From: Halobellus sp.
Lineage (GTDB): Archaea; Halobacteriota; Halobacteria; Halobacteriales; Haloferacaceae
Direction of reading: 5' to 3'
NCBI RefSeq assembly: GCF_042218505.1
Contig: NZ_JBDGQZ010000003.1
Coordinates: 19,353 to 59,352, forward strand
DNA length: 40,000 nt
The notes under the pieces are model-generated. The model was not told the origin of the DNA. It made no database searches and saw only the letters and a program-made list of their open reading frames with translations. Each line of letters opens with the position of its first letter. Position 1 is the stretch's first letter. Positions 16,998 to 25,062 of this stretch are shown piece after piece. A program made the position numbers and the translations under genes.

Positions 16998-17135
16998 CGA
17001 ACGTTCATATAGGAAGCCGGGACCAGCGACCGTGTGCGTTGAGCGATGCCTTGCGTCGGACAGCGGTTGTTCGGCACACCGGCGCGGGGGCGGCCCCGAG
17101 CGCGGTTTCGGGGACGGCGGTTGCCGACTGTTCGC
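16998..17135. repeat. Copy A of a two-copy conserved intergenic module (BRE/TATA-like head plus conserved foldable body)
   Basis: Aligned by hand to 32683-32805. Shared parts are CGAA-NN-TTCATATA, an equal 11-nt spacer, an ungapped 66-nt block with 54/66 identity (17023-17088), a variable hairpin segment, and the distal block TTGCCGACTGTTCGC (13/15 identity). Confidence 0.7.
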
Positions 17136-17193
17136 AGTGAACGAGAGCGTACGCTGTCTCGACAGCGCGGCCGACGGCCTGTCGCTGCCGTCA

Positions 17194-17565
17194 TCACTCG
17201 TCCACGACGTGGATGCTGGAGCCGAGGTGCCGGTGGAGCACGTCCTGCGGGTGGTCGCCGCAGAACGACGACGGGTTCGCCGCGATCGCCGATTGCAGGG
17301 CGTCGCGGTAGGCCTCATCGAGATGGAGTTCGCTGAAGGAGATGTCGACGACGGGCGCAGTCACCCACGACGCCGCGAGGTCGCGAGCGTGACGCTCGTC
17401 GGCGACGTCGCCGCGCCAGAGGGCGTCGCGGAACAGGAGCCACCCGTCCTCGCCGGGCGGGGCGGCGTCGACCTCGACGACAGTCTCGACGGTATCTGGC
17501 GTGACGGTCACAGCACTGTCGGCGCCGAGGCGAACCTCGGCACGGAAGACGTACGCCGCTTGCAC
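17194..17565 (-). CDS. Hypothetical protein coupled to the PCD gene, with a Cys/His-rich C-terminus
   Basis: 123-aa acidic ORF with good GC3. It starts 1 nt after the PCD stop. The C-terminal segment FCGDHPQDVLHRHLGSSIH looks like a metal-binding site. I recognise no family. Confidence 0.6.
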   Translation of the reverse strand: MQAAYVFRAEVRLGADSAVTVTPDTVETVVEVDAAPPGEDGWLLFRDALWRGDVADERHARDLAASWVTAPVVDISFSELHLDEAYRDALQSAIAANPSSFCGDHPQDVLHRHLGSSIHVVDE

Positions 17566-17566
17566 G

Positions 17567-17842
17567 TCAGAACTCGGCGTCGAAGAGGTTCGCGAGACGG
17601 ATGTCCTGGTCGGTGATCCCGCCCTCCTCGTGGCTGGTCAGCCGAACTTCGACGTCTTTGTACCCCACAATGATCTCGGGGTGGTGGAACTCCTCTTCGG
17701 CGACTTCACCGACCTGCGTGACGAAAGAGATGCCCGAGAGGTAGTCGTCGAACTGGTACGTCCGGACGATTTCGTCGCCGTCACGTTCCCAGTCGCTCGG
17801 CAGTTGTGTGCTGATCTCGTCGTCAGAGAGTAACTCGGCCAT
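17567..17842 (-). CDS. Pterin-4-alpha-carbinolamine dehydratase (PCD/DCoH, COG2154)
   Basis: Starts at MAELLSDDEISTQLPSDWERDGDEIVRTYQF (ATG 17842). It contains the family signature EEFHHPEI..V.V.L.TH. Confidence 0.9.
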   Translation of the reverse strand: MAELLSDDEISTQLPSDWERDGDEIVRTYQFDDYLSGISFVTQVGEVAEEEFHHPEIIVGYKDVEVRLTSHEEGGITDQDIRLANLFDAEF

Positions 17843-17926
17843 ACCGGAAGGTGTCTCTCGGCGAGGGGTTAACGTTTCGCCTCGAGATTCAGTCACACAC
17901 CGGTAAGAACATACTACGGCGACCGG

Positions 17927-19282
17927 TCAATCGTCGGAGACGCTCTCGAGGACGTAGTTGGGGATGCCGTCGACGGCCTCCTCGGGGATCGCCTCGACGT
18001 CGTCGTTCGACCGGGGTGCACGCCCGGGCCCTCGTGAGCGTCCGCTGAAGTTGGGGTCGAACAGCGTCATCGCCGTCTGGATCGTCGACCAGTCGTCCTC
18101 GACGGCCGCCTCGCGGAGGCTCTTCGTCGGGGCCGAGAGCAACTGTCCCACGAGAGCGTCGGCCATCGATTCGATGGTCTCGCGCTGTTCGTCGGTCAGG
18201 TCGCCCTGTGATTCGAGCCGCGAGATCGCGGTCTCGACTTCGCGGGCCTTCACCTGCTCTGCGGCCTCGTACATCGTGCTGATCGCCTCGTCGGCCTGCC
18301 GTCGCTTGTAGGCGTCGAGAAGCCGGTCGAACTCAGTGTCGATCATCGCCTCGACCTCCTCGGCGGCGCGCTCTCGGACCTCTTTGGTCGCTTCGGTCAC
18401 CGATTCGAGCGCGTCGATGTCGTGGACGGCGATCTGATCGACTGTCCCCGCCTCAGGATCGACATCCCGCGGCTGGGCGAGGTCGATCACGAGCGTCTCG
18501 CCCGCGCCGTCGACGTCGTCCGGGAGGAGAAGGTACTCAGAGTAACTTGTCGCAGTCACGACGACAGACGCCGAAGCGAGCATATCTTTGACAGATTCGA
18601 GTGGGATCGCCTGTGCGTCCACCGCGACTGACTCCACAAGTCGCTCTGCGCGAGCGAGCGTTCGGTTCGCGACGAGTAGTTCGCCCACGCCGGCGTCGGC
18701 GAGCGCTTCGGCAGCGAGTTCGCCCATCTCGCCCGCGCCGACCACGAGCGCAGTCGTCCCCACGAGATCGATCTCCGTCTCGGCGAGTCGCGCAGCGGCC
18801 GAGCCAATCGAGATCGCTCCCTCGTTGACTCGCGTCTCGGTGCGGGCACGCTCACCGACGTGGACCGCCTTTGTCAGCCCGGTCTCGAGCGTCGATCCGA
18901 GCGCGCCAGCGCTGCGTGCGACCTCGACGGCCCGCTTGAACTGGCCGAGGATCTGATCCTCACCCAGAACGAGTGACTCCAGCCCCGTCGCGACGCGCAT
19001 CAGGTGTCTGAGACTCTCTTCGTGTCCCATCTCGACGACGACGCTATCGTCGACTTCGGCTCCGAAGGAACTCAGCGCCCGGCGGGCCTCCGCGCGACTG
19101 GCCGCGACGACGTACGCCTCGGCGCGGTTGCACGTCTGAATAGCGAACGCCTCTGTAACGCCGTCGGATGCCAGGAGTTCCTCGATAACCGTACGGGTGT
19201 CGCTGCCCGCCGCGGCCTCGATCTCGTCGACGGTAGCGAGACGGTGCGACACCCGAGCGCCACAGATCACTCCAGTGTCCAT
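17927..19282 (-). CDS. hemA: Glutamyl-tRNA reductase
   Basis: 451 aa with the catalytic-Cys motif IQTCNRAEAYVV and the NADPH Rossmann segment ALVVGAGEMGELAA. Confidence 0.95.
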   Translation of the reverse strand: MDTGVICGARVSHRLATVDEIEAAAGSDTRTVIEELLASDGVTEAFAIQTCNRAEAYVVAASRAEARRALSSFGAEVDDSVVVEMGHEESLRHLMRVATGLESLVLGEDQILGQFKRAVEVARSAGALGSTLETGLTKAVHVGERARTETRVNEGAISIGSAAARLAETEIDLVGTTALVVGAGEMGELAAEALADAGVGELLVANRTLARAERLVESVAVDAQAIPLESVKDMLASASVVVTATSYSEYLLLPDDVDGAGETLVIDLAQPRDVDPEAGTVDQIAVHDIDALESVTEATKEVRERAAEEVEAMIDTEFDRLLDAYKRRQADEAISTMYEAAEQVKAREVETAISRLESQGDLTDEQRETIESMADALVGQLLSAPTKSLREAAVEDDWSTIQTAMTLFDPNFSGRSRGPGRAPRSNDDVEAIPEEAVDGIPNYVLESVSDD

Positions 19283-20001
19283 CGGTCACCCCCCGCCGTA
19301 TTCCGTATCACGCGTGTCGCCTCTTGGCGGGGATTAGATTCCCCCGTACGTAAAGCCTTCCAAACTTCTGAGTCTCTAACAACCGCACGAATCGCATCAC
19401 GACGCGTCGACGGATCGAGATCTGACTCTCGAAACGCCGCCCTGAGCTCTGCGGTCAGCGCCGCCATCGCCTCTGCACCTTCGAGTTCACTCTCGAGTCG
19501 CTCTCTGAGGTACTTCGCCAGCGCGGGGCTCCGCCCGCCCGTCGAGATCGCGATGCGAACGTCGCCGTCTTCGACCGTCGCGGGGACGACGACATCGTGA
19601 TGCGGGGCGAGCGCACCGTCGTCGGTGTCCGTTGTGGCATCCGTACCAGCCGTTTCGGTCCCGTCGTCCGCGTCTGACTCGGTGCTCGCACTCCGATCGG
19701 CGTGATTGACGAGGAGGCCGCGCTCGGCCCCCACGGCGGCGACTTCGTCGTTCACCGCTTGGGCGTCGGTCGCGGCCACGACGAGCGCCGGCTCAATCCA
19801 ATCGATCCAGGTGGCCACATCCGACGGCGTCGGCCGCGCCCGTACCAGTTCCGCGCTCCCGAAGTCGGCGTCGGCGAACTCGGGGCTGACGACGACGACC
19901 CGGCCCTCGCCCGCGAACCGACGGGCCTTTCGCGCACCGACCGGACCGCCACCGAACACCAGGACCGTCTCACCAGTGAAGTCGTGATACAGTGGGATCA
20001 T
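19267..20001 (-). CDS. Precorrin-2 dehydrogenase / sirohydrochlorin ferrochelatase (SirC/CysG N-terminal type)
   Basis: N-terminal Rossmann segment VLVFGGGPVGARKARRF. It carries an acidic halophile-type insertion and overlaps the hemA start by 16 nt. Confidence 0.88.
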   Translation of the reverse strand: MIPLYHDFTGETVLVFGGGPVGARKARRFAGEGRVVVVSPEFADADFGSAELVRARPTPSDVATWIDWIEPALVVAATDAQAVNDEVAAVGAERGLLVNHADRSASTESDADDGTETAGTDATTDTDDGALAPHHDVVVPATVEDGDVRIAISTGGRSPALAKYLRERLESELEGAEAMAALTAELRAAFRESDLDPSTRRDAIRAVVRDSEVWKALRTGESNPRQEATRVIRNTAGGDRWTLE

Positions 20002-20034
20002 CGGGTTCGCTCGCTGTAGTTGCTCACGCCGCAG

Positions 20035-21105
20035 TCACTCGGTGTTCGCCGTGGCCCGCTCGTCGAGCCTGATTCCGGTCTTCTTCAGGATCTGCGTCGA
20101 AAACAACGAGTCCCAGTCGTCGTCGCCGACGTCCCAGTACTCGGCCATCCGCTCGCGCACCTGCTCGATGCGGCGTTCGCTCTCGGCCTCCGAGCGGCCG
20201 TGCGTCATCGCGAAGAAGTTGTATGGCCAGACGCCCCCGTGGCGCGGCCGCTGATAGCAGTGGGTGACAAACGGCAGCGACGCGACAGCCGGGCCGACCT
20301 CATCGACGCGCTCATCGGGGACGTTCCAGACGGTCATCCCGTTTTCTGTGTACCCGAGCGCGTAGTGGTTCGGCACGACGCCGACGCGACGGATCTTCCC
20401 CTCGCGCTCGAAGCGCTTGATCGTCTCCACGACCCACGAGGTCGGCTGGTCGATCGCCGCCGCGACGTCGGCGTACGGCGTCGGTGAGATCGGCAACCCG
20501 CCCTGGATTTCGACCACCAGATCGCGCTCGGCCGGCGAGAGCGTCTGCGCGTCCGTCGGCGTCACGTCGGGACCGAGGCCCGAGAGGTCGACGTCGCCCT
20601 CGGATATCGGCCCGTCGACCAGGAACTTGGCCTCGACGCGGAACTCCTGCTGTTTCGGGAGATTATAGGTCGGCTGGCCCGTCTCGGCTTCGATCTCCTC
20701 GAGTACCGCCTCGACGCGGTCCTCGTCGGCGACACTCACGACGAACCACATATTCAGGTGGGGGTGCTCCCGCTCGTAGTTGTGTGCGACCTCGCGGTGG
20801 GCGTTGACGGTCTCGGCGACCTCGTCGAACCGCTCCTCCGGCGCGTGCATCGCAACCAGCGTCGCGCTTCCGCCGATCTCCTCGGCGTTCACCAGCGCAC
20901 CGAAGCGGCTCAGCGTGCCTTCCTCGTCCAGTTCTCGAACGCACGCGAGGAGTTCCGAAGCGGTCACCTCGATACCGCGCTCACGGAGGGCGGCCGCGGC
21001 CGGCTCGAACGGTCGTTCGAGCACCGGGAACCCACCCTGGAACGCGTTGATCGCGACGCGGTCGAGATCCGAGAGCGCCGCGTCGTCACCGGCTGTCTCG
21101 CTCAT
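20035..21105 (-). CDS. ahbA/ahbB: Fused siroheme decarboxylase AhbA/AhbB (NirD/L-like tandem Lrp/AsnC-type modules)
   Basis: 356 aa made of two homologous halves. Each half begins with a ..(I/V)(N/E)..QGG(F/L)P(V/I).. segment and ends in an H(N/C)Y(E/Q)R motif (VAHNYEREHP and VTHCYQRPRH). This is the pattern of the alternative heme pathway decarboxylase. Confidence 0.88.
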   Translation of the reverse strand: MSETAGDDAALSDLDRVAINAFQGGFPVLERPFEPAAAALRERGIEVTASELLACVRELDEEGTLSRFGALVNAEEIGGSATLVAMHAPEERFDEVAETVNAHREVAHNYEREHPHLNMWFVVSVADEDRVEAVLEEIEAETGQPTYNLPKQQEFRVEAKFLVDGPISEGDVDLSGLGPDVTPTDAQTLSPAERDLVVEIQGGLPISPTPYADVAAAIDQPTSWVVETIKRFEREGKIRRVGVVPNHYALGYTENGMTVWNVPDERVDEVGPAVASLPFVTHCYQRPRHGGVWPYNFFAMTHGRSEAESERRIEQVRERMAEYWDVGDDDWDSLFSTQILKKTGIRLDERATANTE

Positions 21106-21314
21106 ACCCGGCTGTGGGAGTTACGGGAGGATAAGCGTCTCGAACGGTCTGGAGGAGTTCAATTGGTTCCGTCGTCTCGGTACGCGAGGCAGTTACAGGC
21201 TAATTCCGGCGGACGTTTGTGACGGTGATCGACGGTGAGTCCGCTGACTACCAGCCGGTGGGGATGTTCCAACGAGCCAACAAGTGAGCGAGCCAGCGAG
21301 TTCTGCCGATGGAG

Positions 21315-21713
21315 TCACGGAACGGCCGTCACGTGGTTCACCCGGTCGAGCGCTTCCAGATCCGCGATCAGCGGTTCTTGATCGGGGCCGGCTTCGTAGT
21401 AGAAGACGATGTCGAACGTTCCGTCGCGGAGCAGTTGCTGGCACTCCCAGACGAACGATTCGTCATCGAGCGTCAGGCCCTGGAACTGGTTCGAGGCGAA
21501 TTCGTCAGTGTCGTTGCCGGCGTAGATGTACGTCTCGCCTTTCTCGGCGTGCTCAGCGATAACCTCGTTCGCGCTCACGGTGAGTTCGTGCATCTCAAGG
21601 TCCTCTTCGCTCTCGAGATCCGTGTGGACGATTGCGCCCAGAAGTTCGATTTCGCCGGGTTCTAAGAACTGCAGCGTCCGCTGATAGAGGTCGTCGTCGA
21701 GTGTCTCGCTCAT
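21315..21713 (-). CDS. Conserved-looking acidic hypothetical protein
   Basis: 132 aa, very acidic, with high GC3 and a clean ATG. No recognisable motif. Confidence 0.65.
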   Translation of the reverse strand: MSETLDDDLYQRTLQFLEPGEIELLGAIVHTDLESEEDLEMHELTVSANEVIAEHAEKGETYIYAGNDTDEFASNQFQGLTLDDESFVWECQQLLRDGTFDIVFYYEAGPDQEPLIADLEALDRVNHVTAVP

Positions 21714-21815
21714 ACGGAACGGTCGGAGCGGCCGAATAAACGGATGGCGATTTCCGTCGCGGGGGCGTTCCTATGGGGACGGAACGTTTTTTTCGCCGCG
21801 TGACGCGGATCCGCT

Positions 21816-22724
21816 ATGGCTATCGGTGATCTGAGGCCGGTCGAGGCTGCGGAGGATGTCCACTACGTCGACGTGGGGACCCACGGAGTGCCCAACTACG
21901 GGTCGGTTTACCTGATCGACGCCGACGAACCCGCGTTCGTCGACACCGGTCTTGGCCGTAACCGCGAGTCCCTTCTCGACGCCCTCGGCGAACTGGGGAT
22001 CGACCGGGCGGCCGTCCGGCACATACTTGCGACCCACGTGCATTTAGACCACGCCGGCGGGGCGGGCGATCTCGCCGAGGCGTGTCCCAACGCGACCGTC
22101 CGGACTCACGAGGTCGGCGCGCCGCACCTCGTCGATCCCGAGCGACTCGTCGCCGGCACCAGGGAGGCCGTCGGCGAGATGTGGGAGTACTACGCCGACC
22201 CGGAGCCCGTTCCGGAAGATCGGATCGACGAGGTAGCGGGCGGTGACGAGATCGACCTGGGTGACCGCACGCTGTCGGTGATCCACCTGCCCGGGCACGC
22301 GCCCCACCAGACGGCGTTTCTCGACTCCCGCGACGGATTGCTGTTCACGGGCGACGCGGCCGGCGTCTACGTTCCGGAGCGGGACCAGATCAAAGAGACC
22401 ACGCCGCCGCCGCAGTTCGACCTGGAGGGCTGTCTCGCTGACGTGCGAACGATCGACGAACACGAACCGGAGACGCTCTGCTTCGGTCACTTCGGGCCGC
22501 GAGAGTACGATCCGGAGTTGTTGTCGGCGTACAAGCGATCCCTCGTGGAGTTCGTCGAGGCGGTCAGACAGAGGCGCGCCGAGTGTGGAGACGACGACGC
22601 GGTGATCGAACACTTCGCGGACCACGCCGAGATGGTCGAAGTGTGGGGCGAGCGCAAGGCGCGCGCCGAGGAGCGACTGAACGTTCGGGGGGTGCTCGCC
22701 GCACTCGAACGCGGCAACGCGTAG
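21816..22724 (+). CDS. MBL-fold metallo-hydrolase
   Basis: Contains the HxHxDH motif THVHLDHAGG plus downstream His/Asp ligands (HLPGHAPH, GDAAG, FGHFG). A TTTTTTTC box lies about 25 nt upstream of the ATG. Confidence 0.9.
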   Translation: MAIGDLRPVEAAEDVHYVDVGTHGVPNYGSVYLIDADEPAFVDTGLGRNRESLLDALGELGIDRAAVRHILATHVHLDHAGGAGDLAEACPNATVRTHEVGAPHLVDPERLVAGTREAVGEMWEYYADPEPVPEDRIDEVAGGDEIDLGDRTLSVIHLPGHAPHQTAFLDSRDGLLFTGDAAGVYVPERDQIKETTPPPQFDLEGCLADVRTIDEHEPETLCFGHFGPREYDPELLSAYKRSLVEFVEAVRQRRAECGDDDAVIEHFADHAEMVEVWGERKARAEERLNVRGVLAALERGNA

Positions 22725-22883
22725 CGCGTGCTGTGGGCGTAACGTCCGGAAAAGCGGGTTCGCGTGGTTCGATCCCGCCGCTGGCGTCTGCGTCCCGGGT
22801 CGGCGGTCCGAGCGCGTCCGCACGTCGCCGTCAGGACCCGACTGTGATGAAACTTTGCCGTCGGAGGCGTCCGGAGGGCGTGA

Positions 22884-22903
22884 GACCGGGGCGCGCCCCG
22901 GTC
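22884..22903 (-). terminator. Perfect 20-nt palindrome GACCGGGGCGCGCCCCGGTC overlapping the AOR stop codon (possible terminator hairpin)
   Basis: The sequence equals its own reverse complement (8-bp stem, CGCG loop). On the minus strand it starts inside the last AOR codons, and AAAGTTTC follows about 35 nt later. Confidence 0.3.
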
Positions 22904-24842
22904 AGTCGTCGGCCGGTGCCGGGCTGTCACCGGTGGAGACGCCCGTGCCGGGGCCGACCTCGATACCGAGTTCTTCGAGGCGATCGTCGGGGACGACGCC
23001 GTCGACCCACTCGCGGCGCTCGTAGTACTCGTCTTTCATCTTTTCGAGTTCACACAGTTCGCCCTCTATGCCACCCTGGCCGGGGATTGCCTCGTCGTCT
23101 CCTTCGAGGAACCGCCCGGGCAGGGAGTCGTCCTCGCCGTCGAAGCCGGCGAGGTTGTTGTAGTACCGTTCGAGGGTGTAGATGCGATCGCCCGCTTCCA
23201 TCAGTTCGTCCTCCGAGAGGTCGCGGCCGGTCATCCCGTTGTACTGATCGACGTACTCGTCGATGCCCTCGGCGAAGGCGTTGAATTTGCAGATGTCGAA
23301 CGAGTCCGAGATGGCGTGGAGGTCCTGGAACAGGGCACACAGTTCGCCCTTACCCTCCCACTCGGTCGGATCGACCTTCTCCGGGATCCCGAGGATCTCC
23401 GCGGAGGGAGTGTACCCGCGGAGGTGACACGCGCCGCGGTTCGAGGTGGCGTAACCGATGCCCATCCCCTTCATCGCACGCGGGTCGTACGCCGGAATCG
23501 TCTGGCCCTTGACCGCGAGGGAGTTGTCGTGAGCGTTGCGCTCTTCGGCAACCCGGCGGGCGCCCTTCGAGAGGAGTTCGCCGAGATCGGAGCTCTGGTG
23601 GGCAATCTCGTCGAGGAGATCGATCATATGCTCGGTGTCGCCCCACTCGAGGTGGTCGTCGAGGTCGTCGAGTTTACCCTCCTCGGTCATCTCCATCGCC
23701 ATCGCAAGCATATTACCGGCTTCGATGGTGTCGACGCCGAGGTCGTTGCATTTGTTGATCATCACGGCGATGGAGTCGCGGTCGTCGTTCATCGAGTTCG
23801 GGCCGAGCGCGAACGCCGACTCGTACTCGTATGACTCGCCGCGGACGTTCATCTCCTCGCCCTTGTGCTCGTAGGTGACTTCGGTCTCCTTCTTGCAAGC
23901 GACGGGGCAGGAGTGACACGTTGGCTCGTTGACGAGAATGTTCTCCCGGACGTTCTCACCGGAGACCAGCTCCGCGTCGATGTTCGGGTCGTCCGGTTCC
24001 GCCTCCGCCTCGGAGTGCGTTGAGGTGTACTTCGCATTACGGGTCGGAAGCCCGTCCATCTCCTCGGTGAGGTTCATCAGGACGTTGGTACCGTACAGCG
24101 AGAGTCCGCCCTCGTTGGGACCGGTGACGTCGGACTCGCGGATGAGTTTCATCGCCTCCTGGTAGCCCTCGGTGAACGTCTCTGCGTCCGCGGGCTTGGG
24201 CATCCTCGTGCCCGATTTGATGACGACCGCTTTCAGATTCTTCGAGCCCATCACGCATCCGGTCCCGCCGCGGCCCGAGGCGCGGTCGTCCTCGTTGACG
24301 ATGCAGGCGTACTTGGTGCCGTTCTCGCCACCCGGTCCGATGGCCATCGCCGAGAGGTTCTTGCCGAACTGACCGTCGTGGTTCGCCTCGATCTCGTCCA
24401 TCGCGTCGTGCACGCCGAGGCCCCACAGATCGGAAGCGTCTCGAAGTTCGACTTCGCCGTCCTCAATGTAGGCGTAGACCGGTTCCTCGGCCCGTCCCTC
24501 GAAGAGGAGACCATCGAAGCCCGACCACTTGAGTCGGGCCCCGGACCAGCCACCGTGGTGGGAGTCCGTAACCGTTCCCGTAAGCGGCGATTTCGTACAG
24601 ACAGCGATTCGGCCACTCATCGGGGCCTGCGTGCCCGTGAGCGGACCGTTCATAAAGGCGAGGAGGTTCTCCGGTCCTTCGGGGTCGACGTCGACACCCT
24701 GGTCGAAGACGTACTTGACACCCAGACCCCGTCCGCCGATATACTTCTCTGCGTCTTCCTCGTCGATGCTTTCGTACTGCACGTCATCCTCCGAGAGGTC
24801 GACGCGCGCTACGTGATCGTTGAATCCGCCTAGGTTGGTCAT
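22902..24842 (-). CDS. aor: Aldehyde:ferredoxin oxidoreductase family (tungsto/molybdopterin enzyme)
   Basis: 646 aa with the N-terminal AOR domain (RVDLSEDDVQYESIDEEDAEKYIGGRGLG) and the 4Fe-4S ligand motif CHSCPVAC. Confidence 0.95.
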   Translation of the reverse strand: MTNLGGFNDHVARVDLSEDDVQYESIDEEDAEKYIGGRGLGVKYVFDQGVDVDPEGPENLLAFMNGPLTGTQAPMSGRIAVCTKSPLTGTVTDSHHGGWSGARLKWSGFDGLLFEGRAEEPVYAYIEDGEVELRDASDLWGLGVHDAMDEIEANHDGQFGKNLSAMAIGPGGENGTKYACIVNEDDRASGRGGTGCVMGSKNLKAVVIKSGTRMPKPADAETFTEGYQEAMKLIRESDVTGPNEGGLSLYGTNVLMNLTEEMDGLPTRNAKYTSTHSEAEAEPDDPNIDAELVSGENVRENILVNEPTCHSCPVACKKETEVTYEHKGEEMNVRGESYEYESAFALGPNSMNDDRDSIAVMINKCNDLGVDTIEAGNMLAMAMEMTEEGKLDDLDDHLEWGDTEHMIDLLDEIAHQSSDLGELLSKGARRVAEERNAHDNSLAVKGQTIPAYDPRAMKGMGIGYATSNRGACHLRGYTPSAEILGIPEKVDPTEWEGKGELCALFQDLHAISDSFDICKFNAFAEGIDEYVDQYNGMTGRDLSEDELMEAGDRIYTLERYYNNLAGFDGEDDSLPGRFLEGDDEAIPGQGGIEGELCELEKMKDEYYERREWVDGVVPDDRLEELGIEVGPGTGVSTGDSPAPADD

Positions 24843-24898
24843 AGTTAATTCTCATATTTACATTAGAACTGAACTCTGTTAGTCGTTACCGTAGTAAA

Positions 24899-24916
24899 GT
24901 AATGAAAATCCATTAC
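24899..24916. promoter_or_regulatory. Inverted repeat GTAATG-N6-CATTAC in the AT-rich AOR/RaSEA divergent region
   Basis: Perfect 6-bp arms at 24899-24904 and 24911-24916, 57-74 nt upstream of the AOR ATG. It sits within a roughly 75-nt stretch that is far more AT-rich than its surroundings. Confidence 0.3.
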
Positions 24917-25062
24917 GTCTCGACGTGCGGTGATCTGTGAAGTGTCGGTACCGCCAGCCGAAAATCGCGCGGGACCGACATCGATGCACTCGGCCGCGAC
25001 GTGCCCTCAGTGTGACCGCACAGACGACGGAGATATACCGGGTCGTCGGCTACAGGTACGTA

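Noticed and set aside
17032-17135. Peptide-coding reading of the two-copy module. One frame gives MPCVGQRLFGTPARG.. vs MPRVGSRLLGTSARD.. from conserved ATGs at 17046 and 32731. Another frame gives a Cys-rich pair, VCVERCLASDSGCSAHRRG..GCRLF vs VCAERCPASGRGCSARRRG..GCRLY.
   Set aside because: In the ATG frame the substitutions are spread over codon positions (3 third, 4 first, 1 second) rather than concentrated at third positions. The Cys-rich frame has no shared start codon (GTG in A vs GTA in B). Both frames run on for 96-194 codons antisense through real genes. The 15-nt length difference preserves the frame, which keeps a small doubt alive, so ribosome profiling would settle it.
16998-17135. 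Identifying the module as a known riboswitch (FMN/RFN, TPP, fluoride, preQ1) or as a MITE.
   Set aside because: I cannot match it to any riboswitch consensus I remember. No terminal inverted repeats or target-site duplications are visible; the only match is a chance-level 6-bp CGTTCA/TGAACG in copy A. This can only be excluded properly with Rfam/Infernal and a genome-wide copy count.
22754-22778. tRNA-like T-arm motif GCGGGTTCGCGTGGTTCGATCCCGC in the MBL/AOR convergent spacer. It could be a tRNA gene or an integration (att) remnant.
   Set aside because: No 5-bp stem with a 7-nt TTCGAAT-type loop can be drawn. No acceptor, D or anticodon arms are present in the flanking 80 nt on either strand. 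No integrase or foreign-looking genes are adjacent.
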